64,000 nt of DNA from an uncultured delta proteobacterium (GTDB lineage Bacteria > Desulfobacterota > Binatia > UBA9968). The notes under the pieces are model-generated. The model saw only the letters and a program-made list of their open reading frames with translations, made no database searches and was not told where the DNA came from. Both the position numbers and the translations under genes were made by a program. Below, one piece after another: positions 11,644-23,700 of the stretch (positions within the stretch are counted from its first letter, which is position 1; the number at the start of each line of letters is the position of its first letter). The stretch is taken from the NCBI GenBank assembly GCA_963745035.1, contig CAVUVW010000013.1:1536001-1600000 (forward strand), read 5' to 3'.

Positions 11644-13682
11644 ATGCCGAGACTGCAAGGTACGAAGAAGTACTGCGCTCACGCGTTACGGCTTGTGACA
11701 ATCCTAGCTTGGCCCGTCTTACTGGAGGGGCAAACCACCGCGGGCTTGAGCGTTTCAATTACCGGTGCGAGGGTGGCGGCCGATCACCGCCCGGTTGTAA
11801 CCTTCAAACTGAACGACTCAAGGGGAACGCCGCTTGACGTTACCAATGTCGATGGGAACAGCCTCAAATTTACCATTGCCGTTATCAAGGAGGAGAAGAG
11901 CGGCGCGACGAACTATCACAACTACATCCTTACCAAAGTCAGCGGCAAGGAATTCGTCTTCCGAGGCGAACCCAAGCAACCGACGCTTGCCGAAACGCTT
12001 CAACCGCATTTCGACCAGGGCGGCACCGTGACCAAACTCAAACCCGGTCTGTTCAATTACACTTTCAAGACCGCGCTGCCGGCAACTTACGATCGTAATG
12101 CCACTCATGTCGTCGGCGCAGAGTCGACTCGCGAAAATGGCAGATACGTCGGCAATGCGCTTTTCGAATTCATCCCATTCGGCGGCAAAGTCAAAACCAG
12201 CCGGTCGGTCATCGATACCGCCTCATGCAACACCTGCCACGAACCCCTCAAGGCGCACGGCGGCACGCGGCACGAAGCGAGCTATTGCGCGCTTTGTCAC
12301 ACCTCGCAACTTACCGATCCGGAGAGCGGAGAAAACCTCGATTTCAAAGTTCTCGTCCACAGAATACATCGCGGCAAGCTACTGCCGAGCGTGCGTGAAG
12401 GAAAACCTTTTTTCACGGTGGGAGAAAATCAACGCGTCAGCGATTATTCGACGATCCGCTATCCGCAAGTGCTGATGACCGACGGAACGCACAAGGATCT
12501 GAGAAACTGTAATGCTTGTCACACGAGCTCGGCGCAGACCGACCATTGGAAGAGGTTTCCAAGCGTGGCCGCGTGCACTTCCTGCCACAGCAATGTTGAC
12601 CTGGCGACCGGCAAAAACCACAAGCTCGGACCGGCGGCCGACGGGACCTGCATCGGCTGCCATCCGCCGGACGGACCCGAGTTCGGCCCGTCGATTACCG
12701 GCGCGCACACGTTCCCTGGAAATTCAGCGCAACTTCCGGGTGTCGTCTTTGACATCTTGAAGATCACGGACAGCCAGCCGGGCAAGAATCCGCTGGTCAC
12801 ATTCAGCCTCAAAAACAAAAAGGGCGAGCCGCTCGATCCGACAAAGATGCCGAATCTCCGGCTCGTAGTTGCGTGGCCAACCACGGACTACAAAGTTGCA
12901 GTCGAAGAGGACGCCAGAAAAGCTCAGGCGGCGGGCAGCGGCGTGTACACGCTTCAGATTCAACTATACAATTCCTAACGACGCCAGCGGTTCGGGCGCC
13001 GTCGGTATCCAAGGGTTCACCTTCGTCGATCTGAAAAAGCCCAACGGCGAGACCATCAAGGGACAAAGAGACGTGGGATTCAACGTCGTCAAATACTTCT
13101 CGATTACCGATAAACAACCGGTAGAACGACGCAAAGCGGTCAAGATCGAAAACTGCAACGTCTGCCACTTGAAACTAGCGACCCATGGTGAAGCGAGGAA
13201 CAACAGCGAATTTTGCGTCATGTGTCACAACGCCAGCCAGAACCGATGGAGATAAGCGAAAGGCGGCCAAAGGCACCGAGCCCGCCGAGAATGTCCATTA
13301 CAAGAGGCTCATTCACCGGATCCACACGGGCGCAAACCTTGGAGAATCATGGATCGTGTACGGCGGTACCCCCGCAAAGCCTGGACCGATCGAGTTCGGC
13401 GACATCCGTTTTCCAGGCGATCGGAGAAATTGCGTCAAGTGTCACGTACCCGGCGCCAATGAATTGCCGTTGCCCGCGGGATTACTGGCGACGATCATTC
13501 CCCAAAAAGACGGTAGCACGACAGCGCTCCAGCCGATCACCAGCGCCTGTATCGGATGTCATACTCAAGATCACGCCAGGCTCCACATGGATACGATGAC
13601 CGCATCCAATGGCCAGGAAAGTTGCGTGACATGCCACGGCGCCGGCCGCACGTTCGCGGTGGACAAAGTGCATCAAAAATAG
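11644..13682 (+). CDS. OmcA/MtrC-family decaheme c-type cytochrome (frameshifts near 12955 and 13240)
   Basis: Ten CxxCH motifs in 5+5 layout (CNTCH, CALCH, CNACH, CTSCH, CIGCH; CNVCH, CVMCH, CVKCH, CIGCH, CVTCH), each set after a beta-rich domain; HGGTR and VHRIHRG motifs. Confidence 0.9.
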
Positions 13683-13809
13683 AAGGGGCCTACGGATTGC
13701 CGAAGAGGATTTCCCGCGCCGCACTGTGGTGCGCGCGCGACGAAGGCTCAGCATCTAGAGCGGCGGGAAAATTTATGACCGGTTAATTTGGGCAGTTGGC
13801 CCACTTAGG

Positions 13810-14000
13810 TCAATCCCTGATCTCGTACTCCCGCTCGTTCAAAATAATTTTCCCCGAGACCGGCATGCGTTTACGCATCGAGTTGACCGTGTGACAGCCC
13901 TTATCGGCGAGCTGCGCAACTTGAATAACCCTTTCCACCGGCGGAGCGGTCTTGATGTTAAAAAAATAGCTGAGCCCTCGCGCAGCTTGTGAAAAATACT
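13810..14000 (-). pseudogene. Duplicated 3' end of the OsmC-family gene (attachment-site copy)
   Basis: FSQAARGLSYFFNIKTAPPVERVIQVAQLADKGCHTVNSMRKRMPVSGKIILNEREYEIRD matches the C-terminus of 34807..35355; 13864-13943 is identical to 34861-34940. Confidence 0.9.
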
Positions 14001-14253
14001 CCATTTCGAGATCGTCGCCACTGCCGCTTTCGCCAGCGCCACGAGGCTTGGTCGGCGGCGCTATTGCTAACGGAGCCCACTTCGCTCATTGGCAGAATCA
14101 ATAGCGTCCGTGGCTCGGCGCGTCTCCAGCGTCAACGCCGATCTGGCTTAGCTTGAGACCGCTGAGAATCCTTTTTATGGAGCCCGTCCGTCAAGATTTA
14201 TAGCTTGCTTTCAATGGCCGTCCAAATATATTCTCACCCATGCGTGACGCGCT

Positions 14254-17200
14254 ATGATCTGCCCGCAGTGCCAATCCGAAAACTCTAATATTGTCGCCTT
14301 TTGCGACCAGTGTGGAACACAGCTGGAAGCACCCTGCCCACGGTGCGGCGAGCCAAATCGGCAAGGAGCCAAATTCTGCAGACGCTGCGGTCAAGCAATC
14401 GGTGAAACACCCGTCAGGTCTTCTCCCCTCAACGTCGGGACACCGGCACCCGATACCTATGTCCCAAAACACCTCGCTGAAAAGATACTGGCTTCCCGCC
14501 ACAAGCTGGAAGGAGAACGGAAACAGGTGACCGTTTTCTTTGCAGACATAAGAGGATCGACAACTTTAGTGGAGGGGCTCGATCCTGAAGAGGCTCAGAA
14601 GCTAATCGACCCGGTTCTGCGCATCATGATGGACGCAGTCCACAAATACGAAGGGACTGTGAATCTGGTCGCAGGCGATGGCATCATGGCGCTGTTCGGC
14701 GCACCTTTAGCGCATGAGGATCACGCGCTACGTGCATGCTATGCGGCGCTGGCCGTGCAAGAAGAGATGCGTCGCTACCGACAAGGGCTCGGCCAATCCG
14801 AAGAATCGGGCCTACACATCGGCGTGGGAATGAACTCTGGCGAAGTCGTGCTCCGTTCGATCGATACTGATCTCACCATCGACTACTCGGCTATAGGCTA
14901 CACTACGCATCTCGCAGCTCGGATGCAGGAGCTCGCAGGCCCGGGTATCGTTCTCATGTCGTCCACTACGCTGCGGCAAGTCGAAGGCTTTGTTCAGGTT
15001 GAATCCCTCGGTCCCGTGCAAGCCAAGGGTATTTCGCAGCCGTTCGAGGCTTATTCGCTCATTGGTACAACCTCCGCCCGCACCCGCTTCCAAGCTGGTG
15101 TGGGTCGTGGGTTGACACCGCTGGTCGGACGCAACGCGGAAATCGATATTTTCAACAAACTGGTCGAGCAAACCGCGGCGCGCCACGGCCAACATATTGG
15201 CGATGGTTGGCGAGCCCGGTATGGGAAAATCGCGTTTGGTCCACGAATTTACGCGACACCAGCTGCCCGCCGGCTGGCTCGTCTTGGAAGGCGCATCGGT
15301 GTCTTACGGCAGGGCTACCCCATTTTTTCCACTGATCGAAATGCTGCGCCGCTACTTTCAAATCATCGCCGGCAATGGACAGCAGGAAATTCAAGAGCGA
15401 GTGGTCAATTATGTTTTGGAATTGAGCAACATGCTCAAAGATGCCATTCCACCAATCCTTTCATTATTCGGAGCACTCCCGGAAAAAAACCATTCGCCGC
15501 CCTCCGGCGAGCCGGATTGGCTATCAAAACATCAAGATGTAGTCGAGATGGTCAAACGATTCGGCGCGATGGATCCACAACAGCGGCAGCGCCGTATCTT
15601 TGATGCGGTAAAGCGGGTACTTATCCGTGAGAGTCAGCGGCAGCCGTTGCTCATCGTTTTTGAGGACCTGCATTGGATCGACAGCGAAACGCAGGCATTT
15701 CTCGATGGCTTCGTAGAAAGTCTGCCCTTGTCGCAGATTCTTCTCCTGGTGGATTACCGCCCCGAGTACAGTCACTGCTGGAGCGATCGTTCATTCTATA
15801 GCCATCTTCACGTGGATCCGTTAAATCCCAGTAGCGCGGAAGAACTCTTGCAACACCTGTTGGGACGCAACCAGGACCTCCTGCCACTAAGGCAGTTATT
15901 GGCGGAACGTACCGTAGGAAATCCTTTTTTCGCAGAAGAGAGCGTGCGTTCTCTCGCGGAAGAAGGAGTTCTGCTGGGCGAGAAGGGGGCCTACCGGCCG
16001 AGCCTGAAAATTGATGAGATCCGTATCCCGAGCACCGTGCAAAACGTCGTGGCGGATCGTATCGACCGATTGTCTATTGCGGAAAAACATCTGCTGCAGA
16101 CCGCCGCCGTCATTGGCGTAATTGTTCCCTTACCACTACTTCGTGCTGTTGCCGGGTTGCCTGAAGATGAGCTGCAGGGTCAGCTTGCTCACCTCCAGGC
16201 CGCCGAATTTCTCTATGAATCAAACCTTTTCCCCCAGTTGGAGTACAAGTTCAAGCATGCTCTTACCAATGAAGTGGCCTACGGGGCTTTGCTTCACGAG
16301 CGCAAAACTTCTTTGCACGCAAAAATCGTGAGCGCGCTCGAAAAGAGCGTAACCGACAATTTGCGCGATCACATTGAAACGCTTGCTCATCACGCTTATC
16401 AGGGAGAAATTTGGGAGAAAGCCGTAGGCTATTCGTGGCAGGCGGGCGGAAAAGCCTCGCAACGTTCGGCGAATCAGGAAGCACGAGAATTTTTCCAGAC
16501 CGGTTTGAGGGCGTTGGAGCATCTTCCGCAGAGTCGCGCCAATCTGCAACTGGGCGTCGATCTTCGGTTAGAACTTCGCAATCCCCTTTATTTTCTCGGC
16601 GAGTTCGATGAATTACACCTTCGCCTACGTGAAGCCGAATCCATGGCGCAAAGACTTTCAGACGATCGTAGACTGGGACGAGTGGTCAATCTTCTAACCT
16701 CGTACTATGGCCTTGTGGGGAAGCACGATCGCTCCATCGAATTCGGGACGCGTGGCCTAAAAGTCAATCGAGGCGACGTGGAGCTGAGTACAGCTACCCT
16801 CTACTATATGGGCGCAGAATCCCATCTCGTCGGGCAATATGAACAAGCGATTGCCTTTCTCAAGCAAGCTCTCTCAGTCACGGAACTGGAGCGCTTCAAA
16901 TACGAACGATTTGGCACGGCATTTCCCTTATCGGTAAGCTGCCGAATTTGGTTAGCTCAATCGTCGGCTCAACTCGGGCGCTTCAAGGATGGTAAAGCGA
17001 CTGCCGGAACGCGATAGCAATCGCTAAAGAAGCCGTCCACAACTCCAGTCTTGCTTACGCTTATATCAGTCTGGGATATGTTTATCTCGTTCAAGGAAAT
17101 ATTGGTTCCGCGATAAAGGCATTAGAAACCAGTCATGAGATTTGTGGCACCAATAATATTCAAGTATTGATGCCTCACATCGGCTCAAATTTGGGCTATG

Positions 17201-17693
17201 CATACGCTCTCGCCGGACGCCTTGATGACGCTCTGCCCCTAATGGAGAAGGCCGATAAACAGTCGGAGCTGATTGGCCGTAAATCAGCATGGGCATTGCG
17301 GCTCGCTTGGCTGGGTCACGCAAGTTTGTTAGGGGGTCGGCTCAGCGCAGCACGAGAGCAAGCGGAGCGCGCCGTGGCTTTGGCCATGGATACCGGTGAA
17401 CGCGGAAATGAAGCGTGGGCGCGTAAGCTCTTGGGGGACGTTATCAAGAAAAATCATCAGGCCCCATAGAAGCCCTTACACATTACGCTGAGAGTATGGC
17501 ATTAGCGACAGAATTAGCCATGGGCCCACTTCAGGCACAAATTCACTTGAGTCTAGGACGTTTGCACCGTCGTGAGGATCAAATCGAGAAAGCCAGCGAT
17601 GAATTATCTATGGCTCTCACGTCTTATCGCGCGATGGGAATGTCTTTCTGGATAGACGCAGCGGAGCGCGAACTCAGCACTTTAGTTCATTGA
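14254..17693 (+). CDS. Double zinc ribbon + class III adenylate/guanylate cyclase + STAND/AAA ATPase + TPR protein (frameshifted)
   Basis: CPQC/CDQC/CPRC/CRRC; ERKQVTVFFADIRGST, GDGIMALFGAP, HLAARMQ; Walker A GEPGMGKS, Walker B LLIVFEDLHW, GNPFF, YKFKHAL; helical TPR tail. Confidence 0.9.
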
Positions 17694-17714
17694 CGATTAA
17701 AGAGGGCACTCGCC

Positions 17715-20700
17715 ATGATTGTTGAAACGCAGAAACAATCGAGCGTTGTTGCGCCAGCAGGGTCTCAAGTTACGCCCTCCAATCCTTTTATCGAATTTTC
17801 CAAGCACGATATCGAGCAGTCGATCGGCAGCCGGTTTCAACAAATAGTTGACCGAGATCCGTCGCGAATTGCAATTAAGACACGAGAACCGACTCACGAC
17901 CTACGGCGCGTTAAACAAAATGGCGAACCGGGTCGCCCATGCTCTTCGATCGGCAAGCGGTACCAGCAATGAACCCGTTGCGTTGTATGGAGGAAACGAT
18001 GTAAGCACAATTGCCGCGATCCTGGGCGTTGCCAAAGCCGGTAAAATTTATGTTCCTCTCGACAAGTCGTTTTCCGAAGCATGGACGAAGTTCATCCTTG
18101 AAGATACACGGGCAAAGATCGTACTTACCGGAAGTGGCGGGCCAGAGGCAATTAAACCATGGCTACGATCTGAACACATACTAATCGACTTCGACTCACT
18201 CGATCCCCATTTGAGCGAGGAAAATCCGGTTGGGACGGTTTCCCCCGACGATCTTTTACAGATTCTCTACACCTCCGGAACAACGGGCCAGCCGAAAGGA
18301 GTGATGGATAACCATCGCAACATGCTTCATAACACGATGAGATTGACGAACGTGGCGCATATTTCGCCAGATGACCGCATGACATTGGTGCGTCCGCCCA
18401 GCAGCGGCGGGGGGCTGTGTAATCTGTACCTGAGTTTACTGAACGGCTCGGCAATATACCCGGTAAACATTAAGCGCGTAGGATCGACAGCAATCGTGGA
18501 TTGGCTCCGGCACGAAAAGATTACAATCTTCCATTCCCGTGCAGCGAGTATCGTCGTTTTGTCCATCAACTGACTGCCGAAAACACATTTCCTGGTTTGC
18601 GCATCATTCGGGTGGGCAGCGGTCAGCTCTTCGACAAGGACGTGGAGTTATTCAAGCGCTATTTCCCCGACACTTTGCTGTTCCACACTTTTACGTGCAC
18701 GGAAATTCACATCTATCGAGTTCTTTTTCTGAGTAAAGATTCGCAAGTTCCCCGCGGCGCCTTGCCGGTAGGCTACGCAGTCGAGGATGTAGAAGTCTTG
18801 ATTCTCGACGATTCGGGGAACCCGCTCGGAGTAAACGAGATCGGCGAGATCGCGATTCGCAGTGCTCATCTATTCCGAGGGTATTGGAATAATTCGGCGT
18901 TGACGGATGCCGCATTTGTCGGGAGGCCAAATGACCACGGTGAGAGACTTTTTCATACCGGCGACTCCAGCACTACAGCTGGATGGCTGCCTTGAATTTT
19001 TGGGGCGTAAAGATTTTCATACTAAAGATCCGCGGCCACAGGATACACGCAGAGGAAGTTGAGTTGGCGCTGCAACGGTTGGCGGAAATAGGTCAGGCTG
19101 TGGTGACGTCGTACAAAGACGATTATGGCGATGAGCGGCTAGTGGCGTATGTTACACCATCCGGCAGCGAGTTTCCGACGACAAGTGCAAATCCGCAGCT
19201 CGCTGAAAGAATCGCTCCCGGATCATATGCTGCCAAGTAAATTTGTATTTCTTGAGAGCTTGCCATTAACTGCTAGCGGCAAAATCGATCGTCGGGCATT
19301 ACCAAAACCTAACTTACAACGGCCCAAACTCGTCACCCGTTTCAGCGCACCAACCACGCCGGTAGAATCCGTGCTCGCCCAGATCTGGGCAGAAACTTTG
19401 GGCCTAACCAGCGTGGGAGTCCACGATCTTTTTTTCGATCTTGGCGGCGACTCAATAATCGCCTCGCGAATCGTTTCGGCTATCGGCCGAATTTTTCCCT
19501 GGGAACTTACGTTGGCGGAGTTTTACGACACTTGCACCGTGGCACAGACTGCGGAATGGCTGAATCGAAAAGCACCGAGTCCAGAACAGGCGGAGAGAGT
19601 TGCCCTTTGTATTTAAGAGTGCAGTCGATGTCTCCCGAGGAAGTCGAAACCGTACTAGCCGATGAACGGAACAAACGACAAAGACTAACGAAAGCCCAGC
19701 ATCTAGAAAAGGCTAGCGCATTGAACCAAAGAGATGAGCTATATATTTATCTTCTAGAGCGAGAGGGATTCGAGCGACAGCCCAAATTTACCGTCCCACA
19801 CAGGGAAAATCATGATGCTCCGCCTCCTTTGTCGTTTGCCCAGGAACGTTTCTGGTTTCTAGATCAATTCGAGCACGCCCATCCTATCTATAACGGTTGC
19901 AAAGCCGTTCGGCTCATTGGCCGACTGAACATCGAGGTTTTGCAGGAATGTCTTAATCTAATCGTGCACCGGCATGAAGTTCTGAGGACTACCTACCCTG
20001 CTCGGGATGGTAAGCCGATCGCGCGCCTTATACCCTCCTGTTCCATCGAAATTCCGATTGCAGACTTCGGAGAACATCCACAAATTCGAGCTACCCTACA
20101 TAGTTCAAGAATTGACTCGAAAAGAGTGGCTGCAGCCAATAAATCTCGCGGAAGAGTTACCAATCCGTTCGCGATTGTTCAGATAGACGATGCACACTTT
20201 GCTCCTCTTGACGCTGCATCAAATCGCCTCTGACAGTCAATCCGTGCCGATATTTTATCGCGAACTATGGACCGCATACAAAGCTAAATTGCACGGCAGA
20301 GATCCTCAGTTGTCGGCGCTGCCGATTCAATATGGCGACTTCGCCAGTTGGCAACGCCGGCGTGTTTTAACTGACGGTTTTAAGGCGCACCGTGAATACT
20401 GGCGTCAGCGACTGAACGGATCGCCGCCAGTTTTGAACTTGGCTGCCGACAAGCATCGACCTCACGTGCAAAGCTTTGACGGATCGAGGTTGCCAATTCA
20501 TTTCACTCAGCTGATGCAGCAAAAACTTAAGGTATTGAGTGGAGAGAACGGAGTTACGCTCTTTGTAACGTTGCTTACGGCATTTAAGACTTTGCTCTAC
20601 CGTTATACCGCTCAGACGGATGTCCTAGTCGGCTCTCCCATGCTGAATCGCGGACTGTCCGAATTGAGAAAACTTGATCGGGTCGTTTCTCAATACTCTT

Positions 20701-23700
20701 AGTGCTGCGCACGAACTATGCGGACAACCCCAGTTTTCACAAGACGTGCTCCGACGAGTCCGGAAGACTTGTAGAGACGCATTTGAGCACCAAGAATTTC
20801 CGTTCGAAAGGATAGTTCGCGGAATTACGACCCCAGCGCGACTTCAGCGAGACCCAATTTTCAAGTCATGTTCTCTTTCCAAAACGCGTGTTGACACCGG
20901 AGCTTAAACTGGCGGGACTTCGATCCGAAGCAATCGAAGTTGACAGCGGCATGACAAAATTCGATCTAACCCTGTCGCTTGTTGACAAGGAAAATGAAAT
21001 CGGCGGCCATGTTGAGTACAGCACCGACTTATTCAATCGCAGAGACGATCGAGCGTATGGTGGGACATTTTCAAACGCTGCTTGAATCCATTGTTATCAA
21101 TCCTGCCCAATCGATCGCCACATTACCCATACTCACCGGAGCCGAACCGCGCCCGGATAGCGCATCGAATTGAACGACAGAACCGCCGAGTACCCCAAGG
21201 ATAAATGCATCCACCATCTTTTTGAAGCACAAGTCGAGCGCAGCCCGCAAGCCATCGCCTTGGTATTTGAAGATAAACAGATCAACTACCGAGAGTTGAA
21301 TCGCAAAGCTAACCAGCTAGCGAATCACTTAATCACGTTCTAGGCATCGGCCCGGAAAAATTCGTCGGCATTTTCGTCGAGCGCTCCATCGAGATGGTGG
21401 TTGGGTTGTTGGCGATACTCAAAGCGGGCGGCGCCTATGTGCCGTTAACACCAGCGTATGCCTAAAGAGCGGCTGCGTTTCATGCTGGAAGACTCCCAGG
21501 CATCGGTACTGCTCGCCACGAAAGACATAATTAGAAGCGAGAATTGAGGATTGAGGGTCACGCAGTTGCCAGGGAGATAACGAACGGTGGATATTCGGCG
21601 ATCGAAAATTTCCATCCTCCACCCTCGACCCTCGATCCACAAGCTCCAGAGTGGGTTTGCCTCGATCGCGACTTGGCCAAGTATCGAGCAACAAAGCAGT
21701 GACAATCCATCACTTACACTCCAGTCTCACAACCTTTGCATACGTGATCTACACCTCCGGCTCTACTGGGCAGCCGAAGGGAGTGCAAATCGAACACCGC
21801 TCGGTCATTAATTGCCTTTCCTGGGTTTTCGGCACACAGATTAACCTTACGCTGCAGGATACGTGGCTGGCAGTCACGACGATTTCTTTCGACATCGCCG
21901 CTCTGGAGCTTTATTTGCCGCTAATCACAGGGGCAAAGCTTATTTTGGCCAATCGCGACGGGGGTATCGACGCTGTTCAGCTACTCGCGCGAATCAGAGC
22001 TTCGGGAGCGACGGTGATGCAGGCGACTGACCATCGATGTGGAAGCTTTTGTTTCCAACGATTGCGAAACGTCCCGGCAAATTCACGATCCTCTGTGGCG
22101 GCGAAGCGTTATCGCGTCAGCTAGCCGACTGCCTATTGGATGGCGGCGCAGATTCCGTTTGGAATCTCTATGGACCCACGGAGACGACGATCTGGTCGGC
22201 GATCTACCGAGTTGAACCCAGTGATCGACCCGTTTATATCGGGCGGCCGATCGCCAATACGCAGATCTATATTCTCGATAACTACCTGCAGCCCGTGCCC
22301 ATCGGCGTACATGGTGATCTCTATATCGGCGGCGACGGCGTGGCGCGCGGTTATCTGAACCGTGCCGAGTTAACCGCGCGGAGAAAGATTTTGTTCGTTA
22401 TCCGTTCAGCGACGATCCCTGATGCACATCTCTACCGAACCGGCGATCGCGCTCGTTATCGTCCCGGCGGCAATATCGAGTTTCTCGGGCGCAGTGACCA
22501 TCAAGTCAAAATCCGCGGCCGCCGGATTGAGCTTCGGCGAGATCGAAGCCGCGATGGTTCGACATCCGTCGGTCAAAGAAGCCGTCGAGATAGTAGCGGC
22601 TCATGATCGTGGCTCGTCTGAGGAAAATGAATTGATAGGTTATGTCGTCAGCCGTCACGACCCCGCGCCGACCGTCGGCGAACTGCGAAGCTTCCTCCAG
22701 GAAAAAGTTCCTGAATACATGTTCCCGTCGTTGTTCTTATCTTCTCGACGCCCTACCGCTCACTCCCAACGGCAAGGTTGACCGCAATGCCCTGCCGCCA
22801 CCTGACGCAAACAAACTTACAATCGACAAAGGAATTATTGAGCCGCGCAGCGAGTTGGAGGAACTGGTCGCCCAAGTCTGGCGAGAAGTGCTCCAAAATC
22901 GACAAATCAGTATCCACGACAACTTCTTCGAACTCGGCGGACATTCCCTCCTGGCTACTTCAGTTGCCGTCGCGCGCTTGCGCGCGAACTTCAATATAGA
23001 TCTCCCTCTTCGCAAGTTATTCGAACTGCCCACAGTAGCGCGATTGGCGGATCATCTGAAAGTGTCCGCCGGCATGACCGGGGCCTTCGCATCCCGCCAA
23101 TAGTGCCGGTACCCCGTAATCGACCCATCCCGTTGTCATTCTCTCAGCGTCGGCTTTGGTTCTTGGAAAAGCTTGATCCTGGGTTACCGGGTTATAACAT
23201 GCCAGCGGCGTATGAAATCAAAGGCGCGTTGAATATTTCGGTCTTGCGGCAAGCACTAAACGAAGTCACTAGTCGGCACGAATCTTTGCGTACGCGTATC
23301 GTCGAAGTGGGCGGCCATCCCTATCAAGAAGTCGTTTCCACTTTAGATTTTACCTTAAGAGTCGTAGAGCTTACTGATCTGTCCCCACCGCTCGCTAGGC
23401 TCGAGGTCGAGCGGCTGGCGAGCCAAGGATGCGTGGGCACCGTTTGATTTAGCAACGGCCCCGCTGTTGCGGGCGAAACTCTTGCGATTGAGTGAAAACG
23501 ACATTGCTTGCTGATCCTCGAATTTTGGCCAGTATCGTGTCGGATGGTTCCTCCGTGGTTGTATTCTTCGAGGAATTGGCAACGCTTTACGGATCATTCC
23601 TAGAGGGAAAGCCTTCTCCGCTCAATCCCCTCCTAGTGCAAATATGCAGATTACTCCGTTTGGCAAAACGAAATGCTTCAAGAAGGCCCCGAGATTAGCT

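Noticed and set aside
164-13682. Programmed frameshifting or mass pseudogenisation in the left arm
   Set aside because: Indels are scattered single bases without slippery sites and also hit core genes such as purN, consistent with sequencing error
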